Of a stretch of 64,000 nucleotides of DNA, positions 41,386 to 52,206 are shown piece by piece. The position numbers and the translations under genes were made by a program. Below the pieces are notes generated by a model. The model was not told where the DNA came from and did not search any database. It saw only the letters and a program-made list of their open reading frames with translations. The stretch is from an uncultured bacterium. GTDB lineage: Bacteria > Verrucomicrobiota > Verrucomicrobiia > Limisphaerales > UBA8199. How positions within the stretch are numbered: the first letter of the stretch is position 1; every line of letters begins with the position of its first letter. Where the stretch lies: contig CAVVMW010000001.1 of NCBI GenBank assembly GCA_963749495.1, positions 1 to 64,000 of the forward strand. The letters run 5' to 3'.

Positions 41386-43064
41386 GGGTCCCCCGCACAA
41401 TTTGTGGGTGAAACATCTGGACACGTGTTCAGTTCGGAGGGTTGACGTTGGTGAGTTGGGCGGTCGTGGAACATCCCGCGGCACGCTCCGCGACGAATCG
41501 AGCGGCCTAACGGCCGGAGAAGGACTTCAAGCAATTCCGGCGCGGCCAGGGTATGGCTCCGGGCGGGGCTGTCAAGGTATTGCTCGCCACGTGCCCTCGT
41601 GCCCTGCTGCGCTCCACCTTGACAGCCCCGCCCTCCGCCATGATGCGCCGCTAAGGAATTGCTGGTGAAGGTGTGCTTGGCTCGGAGGGCTGCCCAGCGC
41701 CACAAAGCGATAGCTGATCTGCCTGGCTTGCGGTAGCCTGCGAGATGTGAAAAGCACGCCCGCCACCGAGCGGCAGACCAGCTATGCAATTGAAGGTTAA
41801 GACGGTTCTCAACGACATTCAACACTTTGTGGGCTTCGTTTACCAGGACATCCGCTTGTGCCGGGACCGCCGAGGCCGTGGCCGGCGGCTCGAAATCACC
41901 CTCCAACCCCATGGCGGCATTCCCGCCAAGTGCTCCCGGTGCCTGCAGCCAGTCCCCGGCTATGATCAGTTGCCCCAGCGGTCCTGGCTGTTTCCGCCGA
42001 TGTGGGGCGTCAAGACCTATTTCCTCTACCCCCCGCGGCGGGTCAATTGTCCGCAGGACGGGGTGGTCGTCGAGCATATCCCCTGGAGCCAGGGCAAGCG
42101 GCCGGTGACGACGGCGATGATGGGCCTCTTGGCCCGGTGGGCCCGGCGGCTGTCCTGGAAGGAAACCGCCCAGGCCTTCCACACCAGTTGGGAGGCCGTT
42201 TACCGTTCGGTGCAGTGGTTCGTCCAATGGGGTTTGGAGCACCGGCGCCTGGAGGGTGTGGAGGCCATCGGAGTGGACGAGATCCATTGGGGCAAGGGCC
42301 AGAAGGCCGACAACTTCCTGACGGTGATTTACCAGATTGACCCCCACTGTCGGCGCTTGCTGTGGCTGGGTCGGCGGCGCACTCAAGCCACGTTGCGGCG
42401 GGGCTTGGCAGAATTGGGAGCCCCGGTGGTCAGCGCTCTGAAGTATGTGTGCAGCGACATGTGGAAGCCCTACCTGAAGGTGATCGCGGCCAAGATACCG
42501 CAGGCGCTCAACGTGCTGGACCGCTTTCATATCGTGGGGCACCTCAACGAGGCGGTGGACGAGGTGCGCCGGGGCGAGCAGTCGCGCTTGCACGGCCGGC
42601 CCCTGGCTCAGCGGCTCAAGGGCATGCGCTGGCAGTTGTTGCGCCGGGGCAGCCGGGTGCGGGGCCGTGCCCGCTCCAAGCTCAACGCCCTGTTGGCCAG
42701 CAAGCTGGCGACGGCACGGGCCTGGAACCTCAAGGAGAGCTTCGACTACCTTTGGCACTACCGTTCTCCGATCTATGTGGTGGCCTATCTGGGTTATTGG
42801 TGCGCTCGAGCCATGCGCAGCCGGCTCGAACCAATGAAGAAGGTGGCCCGGATGCTGCGCGCCCATGAGCCGTTGATCTTGAATTGGTTCGAGGCCAAAG
42901 GTGAGCTCTCCAGCGCCGCCGTCGAGGGCCTGAACAACAAGATTCGAGTGGTAACCAGACGATCTTACGGCTTCCGCACCTATCCAGCCATGGAATTGGC
43001 CCTGTATCATTGCCTTGGCCGCTTACCTGAGCCTCGACTTACCCATACATTCTGCTGACCAGTC
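41386..43064 (+). mobile_element. ISL3 family insertion sequence, 1679 bp, 8-bp TSD
   Basis: AGTATTCC at 41378-41385 and 43065-43072; imperfect 24-bp terminal IRs (15/24 match). Confidence 0.93.
41784..43058 (+). CDS. ISL3 family transposase
   Basis: Zn-finger cysteines, AIGVDE, CSDMWKPY, LDRFH and EGLNNKIRVVTRRSYGFR. Confidence 0.96.
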   Translation: MQLKVKTVLNDIQHFVGFVYQDIRLCRDRRGRGRRLEITLQPHGGIPAKCSRCLQPVPGYDQLPQRSWLFPPMWGVKTYFLYPPRRVNCPQDGVVVEHIPWSQGKRPVTTAMMGLLARWARRLSWKETAQAFHTSWEAVYRSVQWFVQWGLEHRRLEGVEAIGVDEIHWGKGQKADNFLTVIYQIDPHCRRLLWLGRRRTQATLRRGLAELGAPVVSALKYVCSDMWKPYLKVIAAKIPQALNVLDRFHIVGHLNEAVDEVRRGEQSRLHGRPLAQRLKGMRWQLLRRGSRVRGRARSKLNALLASKLATARAWNLKESFDYLWHYRSPIYVVAYLGYWCARAMRSRLEPMKKVARMLRAHEPLILNWFEAKGELSSAAVEGLNNKIRVVTRRSYGFRTYPAMELALYHCLGRLPEPRLTHTFC

Positions 43065-43674
43065 AGTATTCCACGCCCGACGAATTCCTGTACGACCGGC
43101 CGGTTTGCGCCACGACCACACGCCTTTCGAGGATCAAGCATGAGGAAAAGGCAACCGTGGGGGTGAACCTCGCCACCCACCTCTATGAATTCATCCGCGA
43201 GATTCGCGGCCGCGTTGACCAATACGGGGCCTTCTTCGGCCAGATGAAGGACTACTTGGCGACCGAACAAAAGGCGCACCCGGAGCTGCGGGATTATCTC
43301 GCCGAGCTGGAGGGCATGGTCGCCCAGGCCCAATCCAGGTCCAAGGAGATCTATGCGACGCCCCTCCCCTCGGTGCAAAAAAAGACCGACGCCATGAAGA
43401 CGCTTTTGCGGGAGGGCAAAGGCGACGGCTTCGATTGCGGCAACCTGGACGTGCGAGGCACGGCCGGCTCGCAGGACGACCTTTGCCGCCATTACAACCG
43501 GCTGGTGATGAGGCTCGAGCAAACGGCCGCCTTGAAATGCGGGGATTCCCCTGAAAAGGCGGCTGTCGCCAAACACATCTGGGATCAATCGCGCTCGGTC
43601 CTGGGGCAGCCGACTCGCTGGGAGTCGCGCCGCACGCTCTACTTCTTCGAGCCGTAATCTGAACCGTTGCGGAT

Positions 43675-44622
43675 ATGTATTCGAAGAATGATGTGGTGCG
43701 AGGATGCGAGCGCCCGGAGACGCCTGGAATCTCTCGAAGGGCTTCGGTCTTGCGCCCACAGGAAGGCGTCCTCTGTCGATTCTGGCCCACCGCTCGGAAC
43801 CTGTTCGCCGCCATTCTGGCGGCGGCGGCTCTGGCCGGTTGCGATCGGCAGGCCGGGCAATCGCAACCTGCCGGGATTCAGGTCATCCACACTCGATGTG
43901 GCATGGATATGGTTTCCATACCCGCCGGCCAGTTCACCATGGGTGTGAACGAAGGCCCCATCGAACGCCAAGCCGGCGCATCAAGTCAAAGTGGACGGCT
44001 TTCTCATGGATCAGCAGGAAATCACCCAGGAGGTTTACCAGAAAGTCACCGGGAAAAACCCCTCCCGCCGCAAGAATCCCCGGAACCCCGCCGAGCAGGT
44101 CACCTGGTCGGCGGCAGTGACGTTCTGCAATGCGCGGTCGGCGCAAGAAGGTCTGAGGCCTTGCTATGACACACACACGTGGGAGTGCGATTTTTCCGCC
44201 AGCGGATACCGGTTGCCCACCGAAGCGGAGTGGGAGTATGCCTGCCGCGCCGGCAGCAGCACCCGCTTTTATTTCGGAGAGAGTGCCGAAGAACTGAAAT
44301 CCTTCGCATGGTTCGATGGCAATTCTCAGTCCAAGCCCCACCCGGCCGGCCAACGCAAGCCAAATGCCTGGGGCTCTATGACATGGCCGGCAACGTCTGG
44401 GAATGGTGCAACGATTTCTACGCAGCCAAATATTACCGCGACAGTCCCGGAGACAACCCCCGCGGTCCGCGACAGGGCGAGAAGCGGGTGCTCCGAGGAG
44501 GCGCGTGGTCGAGCAGCGCGGCCAATTGCACTTCCTGGGTGCGAAACTGCGACGAAGCCGGCACGACCGACGTGTGCTTAACCATGGACTCAAACGGTTT
44601 CCGGTGCGTTCGCAGGAAATGA
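43675..44622 (+). CDS. Formylglycine-generating enzyme (SUMF1/FGE-sulfatase) family protein; frameshifts near 43965 and 44370
   Basis: [52 protein letters not shown] and GFRC; lipobox-like LAGC. Confidence 0.9.
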
Positions 44623-44781
44623 TGGCCACGCCGCGCACCGTGTTGGAGAATTGGAATCCCCCCGCTCCTCCTCCTCGCCTCCGCTCCACTCGACCCATTC
44701 ATGGCCCCTGGGCCACCGCCGCAAGTGGATTTGTTCGCGTGACGCGGCAGCGATTCCGCGCTAACATGAGCCGGATTGAAT

Positions 44782-45018
44782 ATGAGCACGCTGACACAAA
44801 GGAAGCCCGGCTCCAGCTTCGACCGGGCGTTGGCCACCGTGGACGCGCTGGCGGTGGATGAACAGGAAGCACTCGTGGACGTGGTTCGAAAGCGCATCGC
44901 CGCCGCACGCCGCGCCGCGCTGGCTCAAGAAGTGGCCGGGAGCCGCCGCGATTACCGGCGAGGCAATGTCCGGCGTGGGACGGCCGACAACCTTATGGCC
45001 GAATTGCGCCGCGCATGA
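44782..45018 (+). CDS. Putative antitoxin
   Basis: 78 aa helical protein; ATGA overlap with the downstream toxin. Confidence 0.7.
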   Translation: MSTLTQRKPGSSFDRALATVDALAVDEQEALVDVVRKRIAAARRAALAQEVAGSRRDYRRGNVRRGTADNLMAELRRA

Positions 45019-45296
45019 AACTGGTTTGGACGCCACGCTTCATTCGCGCTGTGCGCCGGCTGAACCGGCGCCAGCCCGCGCTGTTGGAGGACTTGCAGTC
45101 CACGCTCCGGCGGTTGGAGCACGACCCGTTTGACGCCGCCCTTCGCACGCACAAACTCAAGGGCGCTCTCAAAGACTGCTGGGCCTGCTCGGTTGGATTT
45201 GATTGCCGGCTGGTCTTCGCAATCGTGAAGAACCCGCAGACGAAGGAGAACGAAATCGTGCTCCACACCGCGGGGACGCACGATGAGGTTTACTGA
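45015..45296 (+). CDS. RelE/YafQ-like mRNA interferase toxin
   Basis: WTPRFIR, LRTHKLKG, WACSV and GTHDEVY. Confidence 0.9.
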   Translation: MKLVWTPRFIRAVRRLNRRQPALLEDLQSTLRRLEHDPFDAALRTHKLKGALKDCWACSVGFDCRLVFAIVKNPQTKENEIVLHTAGTHDEVY

Positions 45297-45683
45297 GCCT
45301 CTCCAACTACAACGGCGAGGACTGGCCCCAGGAGGTGAAAAGGGCGCTCCGGGATACCGGCTTCCAGGTCACCCTCGCCCGCGGCTGCGAATGGGCCGCC
45401 ACCGGGACCGTCACCCTCCCGGCGCCCGCTCCGGAGGAGATGCCCGCCGACCACGTCGGTTTGGCAAAATAAGCCCGACCCACACAAAGCGCCCTGATTG
45501 CGAACGCGTTGCCAACAACTCCTGCAAGCAGAGATTGCCAAGCCCAGAGGCCCGCGCTCACTGGCTGATCCTCGCCGGCCTTCACCCGACCGTCTGCTGA
45601 GCTGACAGTTGGCATGCCCAAGGGGTTTTGAGTCGCCGCAGCGCCCGATGCTGTCAGACCTTTTGACGCCCCAAGAGAAAGTT

Positions 45684-45720
45684 TGTCGGATTTCGACGGC
45701 AGCGGCTGTATAACGGGTGA
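45684..45720 (+). promoter_or_regulatory. Conserved ECF-type promoter motif upstream of sigma 1
   Basis: TGTCGGATTT..GTATAACGGGTGA; same spacing as the motifs at 47297, 52207 and 58941-58977. Confidence 0.6.
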
Positions 45721-45721
45721 G

Positions 45722-47152
45722 ATGCTCGACCCATCCGACGCCCAATTGCTGCGCGACTACGCCGAACAGGGCAACGAAGCCGCCTTTCGCGAGATCGTCA
45801 CCCGGCACGCCGGCCTGGTGTATTCCGCCGCGCTGCGCCAGGTGGATTCGGCCGACCTCGCCGGCGATGTCGCCCAGAACGTCTTTGTCGATCTCGCCCG
45901 CAAGGCGCGTCCGCTGGCCAGCCAACTGGCGGAGGGCGCTTCCCTCGTCGGGTGGCTTTACCGCAGCACGCGCTTCGCGTCACTCAACCAATTGCGCCGC
46001 GACCGCCGCCGTCTCAGGCACGAAAGGGAGGCCATGGAACAACTGCTCACCAACTCCGAAACCTCGCCCGACTGGGAACGCATCCGCCCCGTGCTCGACG
46101 ACGCGATGGCCAGCTTGGACGAGGAGGACCGCGACGCGCTGCTGCTGCGCTTCTTCAAGAAACAAGACCTGCGCGCGGTGGGCAGCGCGCTGGGCGTCGG
46201 CGATGACGCCGCGCAAAAGCGCGTGAGCCGGGCCGTCGAACGCCTGCGCGAATTCTTCGCCAAACGCGGCGTGACGATCGGCGCGAGCGGGCTCGTCCTC
46301 GCCATCACCGCCAACGCCGTGCAAGCTGCCCCGGCTGGACTCGTCGCCGCAATCTCAGCGGCTGCCGGACTGGCTGGAACAACCGTCGCCGCTGCTGCAA
46401 CCGCCACCCAAGCCATCGCCATGACCACACTGCAAAAAACCCTGCTCACCGCCACGCTCGCCGTCGCCGTTGGCGCGGGAATTTACGAAGCGCGGCAAGC
46501 TTCAAGCCTGCGAAACCAGGTTCAAGTGCTCCAACAGAAGCACGCCCCGCTCGCCGAGCAAATCGAGCAACTGACCCGCGAACGCAACGAAACCACGCGT
46601 CGGTTCGCCGCATTGCTCGATGACGAGGAACGCCTGAACCGCAACACTCCCGAGTTGCTGAAACTCCGTGCGGAGGTGACTCGACTGCGCTCTCTGCAAA
46701 ATCAATCAGCCGCTCAACGAGGAGTGTCGTCATCGGAACTGCCCGAATGGAAACCCGATCAGTTGATGAACGCCGGCAGATCCACGCCACAAAATGCGGC
46801 GCAAACCTTTTTCTGGGCAGAGGCCACCACGAACTTAATTGAAATGGCTGACAGCATCGTGCCTGATGCAAGTGATCCGCCATCGGATGAAGCGATTCAG
46901 GATTTCGTCAAAAGTCCCACGCGACACAAAATCAGCGAACTCCTCAAACTCAGAGTGCTTTCGCAGACGAACATCAGCGGAGACGAAGTTCAGTTGGAAC
47001 TTTACGCGCAATCCGCTCAGGACCTAGGAGTCTCCAGAGCTATCACACTGCGAAATGTCGAGGGTCAATGGAAGTTTGTGCTGTACAACACGCGTGATGC
47101 AGACGGGAGAATTCATTACGTTGACCTTGGCAAGAAACACTCTCTTCCTTGA
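45722..47152 (+). CDS. ECF sigma factor 1 with Ala-rich linker, TM, coiled coil and C-terminal domain
   Basis: DAQLLRDY, EAAFREIV, LARKA, GWLY and LLLRFF..AAQKRVSRA. Confidence 0.92.
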   Translation: MLDPSDAQLLRDYAEQGNEAAFREIVTRHAGLVYSAALRQVDSADLAGDVAQNVFVDLARKARPLASQLAEGASLVGWLYRSTRFASLNQLRRDRRRLRHEREAMEQLLTNSETSPDWERIRPVLDDAMASLDEEDRDALLLRFFKKQDLRAVGSALGVGDDAAQKRVSRAVERLREFFAKRGVTIGASGLVLAITANAVQAAPAGLVAAISAAAGLAGTTVAAAATATQAIAMTTLQKTLLTATLAVAVGAGIYEARQASSLRNQVQVLQQKHAPLAEQIEQLTRERNETTRRFAALLDDEERLNRNTPELLKLRAEVTRLRSLQNQSAAQRGVSSSELPEWKPDQLMNAGRSTPQNAAQTFFWAEATTNLIEMADSIVPDASDPPSDEAIQDFVKSPTRHKISELLKLRVLSQTNISGDEVQLELYAQSAQDLGVSRAITLRNVEGQWKFVLYNTRDADGRIHYVDLGKKHSLP

Positions 47153-47336
47153 TTTGCGAAACAAACCCCCTGACACGGCTTCGCCGCAATGTCGCGACCC
47201 AAGCGCCCCGCCGGTTCCTGTTGCTGCGTCCTCACCCCCCGTAGCGTCAATCACCGGCATGACATTTCTCGGCGGGGATCGGGACGAGAGAATTCATGTT
47301 ACTTTCCACGGCGGCCGGGGGATCTAATATGTGGGC

Positions 47337-49580
47337 ATGCAAGACGCGGAACTGCTGCGGAGTTATCTGAAGGACGGGTCCGAAGAGGCGTTCACTGAAC
47401 TGGTGAGTCGCTATGCGGGCCTGGTCTATTCCACCGCCAGCCGGCAGCTTGGCGACGCCTCCCTGGCGGAGGAGGTCAGCCAGACGGTCTTCTGCGTGCT
47501 CGCGCGCAAGGCCGGCAGCCTGAGCGGCAAGCCGACGCTGGCGGGTTGGCTCTATCGCGCCACGTGGTTTGCCGCTGCCAAGGCGCGGCGAGCCGAACGC
47601 CGGCGGCGCCGACTCGAAGAGGAGGCCTCGCAAATGAACGTGGACGATCCGGCAGTAGAGGCAACGTGGGCGCATCTGTCGCCCATGCTCGACCTGGCGC
47701 TCAACCAGCTTGGCGAAAAAGAACGTCTGGCGGTGCTGCTCCGGTTTTTCCAGCGCAAGCCGATGCGCGAGATCGGCCAGACGCTCGGCGTCAGCGAAGA
47801 GGCGGCCAAGATGCGCGTGGGCAGGGCAGTCGAGCACCTGAGGCAGTTCTTCGCCAGGCGCGGTGTCGCCTGTTCCGCAGCCGCCCTGGCGGTCGTGCTC
47901 ACGGAAAAGGCCGGGGCGGCGACTCCGCCCTCAGTCATCTTGAAGATTCTCGAGTCCAGCATGTCCGCGGCAACCGCTCCCGCAGTCTCGGTCTGGTCAA
48001 TCTCTCATCTCCTCATGCTTATGGCCAAAATCAACACAAAGACGGTGGTAGCCTCAAGTCTGGGCGCGCTCCTCGCGCTCACTCTTGGACTTCATGTCCT
48101 GATCGTCAACTCGTCCGGCGGAAAGAGCGCAGGCGGCAATGTCCCCGGGCATCGCGCGGACGCTTCAAACCCAAATCCAGCGGGCAATCTCCTCTCGCGG
48201 GGGGCGTCACCGGCGTCCCTGCGCAGAGGCAATGCCTCGGGTCCTTTGAGCGCCGCCAGGCTGGCCGAGTTGACTGCCCGCTTGCGCGCCGTCTTGCACA
48301 CGCGCGGAACGAGGCAACACCCCCTTCGGAACCAGGAAATCGCCTTGGCGGTCTGGCAACTGATGGGCAATCCTCAAGCCGCGTTCGCCGTCCTCAAGGA
48401 GGCTGCCCAAGACTCCGAGCTCTTCGTCCAGCAGGGTGCCATCTACGGTATGGGCCAGTTGGGGAAGTCAGTGCCCGAGGCGATCCCCTATCTTTGGGAC
48501 GTGCTCCACGCGCCGCCGCCCGAAGGCAGCGCCGCGAATAGCTTCGAGCATTACTCCCCTCGGTTTGATGCTTTTAATGCCCTTGCGGCCATTGGCTTTG
48601 AACCGCAGGATATCCAGACGCTGTCGGAGCTTTTGCCCACCGAATTGGTGAAGCACACTCCTATGGCCAGCAGCGTTCCGGCTGCGATCTCCGGCCTGAT
48701 CGAGCAAAACCCCCAGTCGGCTGCGCCCTACATACCCGCGGTGGAGGGCCTGCTGAACAACCCGGACGCGGACGTGAGGCTCTTCGCCGCCCTTGCCCTG
48801 GCCAAACATGAAGGGGCCGACAATCCGCAGGTGTTTCAGGAAATCCAAGCGCTCTATCAGCGCCCGGATGACACCCTCTCGAAATACTACAAGGCCTTGG
48901 CGCTGGATAATCTTCAAAAGTTGGGTCCGATGGCCAAACCGCTCGTCCCAGTCCTCACGGATTTCGCCCAGTCAGCCGACGAAGTGTTTCTCCGGCAGCA
49001 GGCGCACCTGACCCTGGCCAGCATCGATCCGGACCTGCGAAACACCGTGCCGGAAGTGGATCAGGCGCTCCAAGGAGCAGAGGACGCGAAGGCATGGGCC
49101 GACAAATGGATGTCAGGTGCTTACAACCTTGGGGACCTCCAGGCCGCTTTGAAGGATCCCGCGCAGGCGCTCACCGCGGCAGTTCAATTGGGCGACCTGG
49201 GCGCGGCTGCGCAAAGCACGGTGCCGGACATGATCAAGGCCCTGTGGGGAAAGGACCAGGAGACACGTGACAAGATCCTCGAAGCCATCCAGAAAATTGA
49301 TCCGCAAGTGACGGTTTCCAGGGTGGACGCCTACGCAATCGATACCGGTTTCATATATGCGCGGGCGGCCCTAAAGCACGGCCCCTCGGCCCCGCTACAG
49401 GACAAGCTGTTGGAAAGCTCCCTGCCTCCAGGCTCCACCTGGTACACCCGCGAGGAACTGGTTGATTTCGTGAACCGCCTCGCCGCCCAGCGCCCGGACA
49501 TCTCCCGGGCCTTTGTCGAAGGAGTTCTCTCCGAGGCCCCCGGCCTGAAGGACCTGCTTCAGCCGGCAAAGACCAAGTGA
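47337..49580 (+). CDS. ECF sigma factor 2 with TM and HEAT-like repeat C-terminal domain
   Basis: Same sigma core; C-terminus has LLNNPDADVRLFAALALA and AAVQLGDLGAAAQSTVPDMIKAL. Confidence 0.9.
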   Translation: MQDAELLRSYLKDGSEEAFTELVSRYAGLVYSTASRQLGDASLAEEVSQTVFCVLARKAGSLSGKPTLAGWLYRATWFAAAKARRAERRRRRLEEEASQMNVDDPAVEATWAHLSPMLDLALNQLGEKERLAVLLRFFQRKPMREIGQTLGVSEEAAKMRVGRAVEHLRQFFARRGVACSAAALAVVLTEKAGAATPPSVILKILESSMSAATAPAVSVWSISHLLMLMAKINTKTVVASSLGALLALTLGLHVLIVNSSGGKSAGGNVPGHRADASNPNPAGNLLSRGASPASLRRGNASGPLSAARLAELTARLRAVLHTRGTRQHPLRNQEIALAVWQLMGNPQAAFAVLKEAAQDSELFVQQGAIYGMGQLGKSVPEAIPYLWDVLHAPPPEGSAANSFEHYSPRFDAFNALAAIGFEPQDIQTLSELLPTELVKHTPMASSVPAAISGLIEQNPQSAAPYIPAVEGLLNNPDADVRLFAALALAKHEGADNPQVFQEIQALYQRPDDTLSKYYKALALDNLQKLGPMAKPLVPVLTDFAQSADEVFLRQQAHLTLASIDPDLRNTVPEVDQALQGAEDAKAWADKWMSGAYNLGDLQAALKDPAQALTAAVQLGDLGAAAQSTVPDMIKALWGKDQETRDKILEAIQKIDPQVTVSRVDAYAIDTGFIYARAALKHGPSAPLQDKLLESSLPPGSTWYTREELVDFVNRLAAQRPDISRAFVEGVLSEAPGLKDLLQPAKTK

Positions 49581-49602
49581 AGAGAATCGCGCACAGATAG
49601 TT

Positions 49603-49746
49603 AGAGCCCGTCCCAGAAGCTCTGATTCCGCACCTTCGTCGCGGCCTTTGTCGGCACCTTTGTCGAGAATTGGCCAATCCGACAAAGGTTTCGACAAAGG
49701 CTGCGACAAAGGTCCCCCGTTCGCGGGGTTTTTGGGGACAGGCTCT
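49603..49746. mobile_element. MITE-like element with terminal inverted repeats
   Basis: AGAGCCCGTCCCAGAA ... TTTGGGGACAGGCTCT; internal CCTTTGTCG / CGACAAAGG inverted arrays. Confidence 0.65.
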
Positions 49747-49748
49747 GG

Positions 49749-51218
49749 TTACTGTGCTCCGGCAAGCCGGATCGTTCCCAGCCGGTAGCGCCGCTGGCCG
49801 TCGCAACCGGACAAAGGCAAGGCAATGACCGGCGTGCCGTCGCGCTGGCCGACGGAGATGAACACGTCGTAAGTCCCCGGCTTTGTTACGGGCCCAATTC
49901 TGCCGAACGCATCGGGCTGCAGGCGGCCAACCACAAATTCCGCTGCCGTTTTTTCCACCGGCGCCTCACCCGGCGGGCCAGGGCGCAGTTGGCTCAGGTC
50001 GAATCCCTCGTTCACGTTCACCGACACCAAGCCGCCTTTCTCATCCTTAAGAGTCAGCGCCCAGAAGCCGCCGGGGTAACACGGCGCCACGCCCGCATCG
50101 GCCCAGTCGGCCTGGACCGTGAACGGCGAATTCACCGGCGCCTCTTCCGGCCAGGAGGCGCCGCGCAATTGCACCCGGTAGCCCAGCCGGCGGTTGATGC
50201 GTTCGATGGCCGCGCGGTTTTCCGCCAGCTCTTCGCGCGGCCACCAGTGGATGGACATGTAGCTGGCGTGGTATTCCTCCACCGACTTGAGCAGCAGGTT
50301 GCCGCTCCAGGCCCCACGCTGTTTGGACGCGCCGAAGTGTTCGTGCTCGAGAATGACCGGCACCGCCGGCCAGAAGTCCTGCGCCATCTCGGCGTGATAC
50401 CACGAGTGCGGCGGCGGTTGCACCAGGATGCTGTCGTCGCGCAACGTCAGACCCCGCGCCCGCGCGTAATCGGTCAGCGGAAAATGCCGCCCGGGTTTGT
50501 CGGGGCCGGCCACATCGTCGTTAATGGCCAGCAGGGTGTGGTGAAAATGTTCGAGGTGCAGGTCGATGTGCCGCTTCACGGCGGCCTCGGTCTGCGCCTC
50601 GTCGAGCCGGCTGCTGCCCCCGGTGTGGCCTTCCCCCCACATGCCGAACGAACCCACGTCCAGGAAGGCCACATTCGGGTTGCCGTCGTAGCGCCGGGCC
50701 AGGGCCGCAAGGAACCGGTCGAGCTTTTGCAGAAAAACCGGGTCCAGGAAACCCGGATCCCACAGCGGCCCGCCGGGCTTGGGGCCTTTGCCCCATTCGT
50801 AATCCACGCCCTTGGCGCCGGCATCGCGCACCCATTTGGGGGTGGCATACTGCATCCAGCTTTCGGAGCAAGTGATTCGCAAGGCAATGCGTTTGCCCTT
50901 GGCAATCCACCGCTGCGCCGGCGTGTCCAGCAGGGCCCAATTGAATTGCCCCTCCGCCGGCTCCAGCAGCGCCCAGGGCACCCGCAAATAGACCACCGAC
51001 AAGCCCGGGAAATCATCCACCGTATCCGAAGGCTCGAGACGCGACCCGTAGTTCCGCGGTATGTTCGAGTAGAAATGCAGCGTCCAGCCCATCCCTGGAT
51101 TGACCAGCGCCTCCCCGGTGTCCGCCGGGTGGACGCTCACCCGGCGCGGTTCACTCTCCCCGGCGAGCGCGGCCGCCTCGAGCAGGCAAGCCAAGATCGC
51201 AACAGAAGGCACTTTCAT
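49749..51218 (-). CDS. Secreted glycoside hydrolase-like protein (DUF4832 / GH42-like)
   Basis: Signal peptide; NPGMGW, WALLEPAEGQFNW, RYDGNP, GMWGEGH and RRLGYR. Confidence 0.75.
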   Translation of the reverse strand: MKVPSVAILACLLEAAALAGESEPRRVSVHPADTGEALVNPGMGWTLHFYSNIPRNYGSRLEPSDTVDDFPGLSVVYLRVPWALLEPAEGQFNWALLDTPAQRWIAKGKRIALRITCSESWMQYATPKWVRDAGAKGVDYEWGKGPKPGGPLWDPGFLDPVFLQKLDRFLAALARRYDGNPNVAFLDVGSFGMWGEGHTGGSSRLDEAQTEAAVKRHIDLHLEHFHHTLLAINDDVAGPDKPGRHFPLTDYARARGLTLRDDSILVQPPPHSWYHAEMAQDFWPAVPVILEHEHFGASKQRGAWSGNLLLKSVEEYHASYMSIHWWPREELAENRAAIERINRRLGYRVQLRGASWPEEAPVNSPFTVQADWADAGVAPCYPGGFWALTLKDEKGGLVSVNVNEGFDLSQLRPGPPGEAPVEKTAAEFVVGRLQPDAFGRIGPVTKPGTYDVFISVGQRDGTPVIALPLSGCDGQRRYRLGTIRLAGAQ

Positions 51219-51546
51219 CTGTTTTAAGAAGGTTTGCACGGCCCAAAAAGAGCCGCAAGGACGTGCGGAAGTCAAGCGCGGTGCCCGAGTCTGGCCCCCC
51301 GATGGGTGTGAGACAGAACTCTCGTTGGACCTCCGGATCGCAGACCCCAGAGCCAAGCCGGGCCTTCGGTCCTCTGTTTCCTTCGTTCCCTTCTGTTCTT
51401 TAGGGAGGCTGGACTCAGAGGTGTCGCAGCATCATGTTGGCGGCGAATGGAAAAGGGTAGCTGCACCCGCTCTTTCCATTTTTCTCGGTGCCGCGAGGCG
51501 CCGGGCCCCCTGGCAGTCCCGCTGGGCCTTGCCCAGGAGTGCGCCC

Positions 51547-52059
51547 TCAACGGTCGCTCCAGCTCGTGGAAATGACTTGCAGAATCTGCTCCGGCTTCGT
51601 CAGCCCGATTCGCGCCGACAACTCGTTCACTTCGTCCAACAACGGCCGGTAGGTCTTCTTATACCAGAAGGAGGCGCGCCAGCCCAAGTCGTCGAATGGG
51701 AGCCCAAGAGTGATCGTGCAAGACTCTCCCGGTTGTAACCGCTTTACCCCCGGGTGGAATGGCAGCGTCCCCATCATGTACACTCCTGTGGTCACTGCGG
51801 CTTTGGGCATGAAGTTGGTACGCCATTGGCCGGTGCGGTTTTCCAGGCTGTACGTCGGAACCAGGCACACGTCGAACCGTCCTGAGTTCGCCACCCGGAA
51901 CGTCGCGTGCCTTGCGCCCGCGGGATCGTTGGTGACCGACACGGCATTCACCGTGACCTGAAAACCTGGGCCGAGGCGCAGCAAGGCGCGGAAACAGAGG
52001 AAGCCGCCAACGGCAAGCACCAGCAGGCCGGCAGCCGCGCAAGTAATTTTTCGTCTCAT
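51547..52059 (-). CDS. Hypothetical protein with N-terminal anchor
   Basis: 170 aa; TM followed by beta-rich sequence. Confidence 0.6.
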   Translation of the reverse strand: MRRKITCAAAGLLVLAVGGFLCFRALLRLGPGFQVTVNAVSVTNDPAGARHATFRVANSGRFDVCLVPTYSLENRTGQWRTNFMPKAAVTTGVYMMGTLPFHPGVKRLQPGESCTITLGLPFDDLGWRASFWYKKTYRPLLDEVNELSARIGLTKPEQILQVISTSWSDR

Positions 52060-52206
52060 ATCGCTTCTCTCCCATTGGACCCGTCTTTGGACAAAACGTC
52101 ACGCGCCTTTGATCTCCGGGGTCTGCCGACAAGCTGCAAATCGCCCCGGACCAAGCTGGTTTTCCACAAGCGGCTTCCAGAGGCTCGAAGAGCCCATGTG
52201 ATTTTT

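Larger units (their letters stand above)
39667..43657 (+). pseudogene. Large secreted hypothetical protein (N-terminal CBM-like domain) interrupted by ISL3
   Basis: Removing the IS and one TSD copy joins ..RKLKYS to TPDEFLYDRPVC.., in frame with ORF 43157..43657. Confidence 0.85.
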
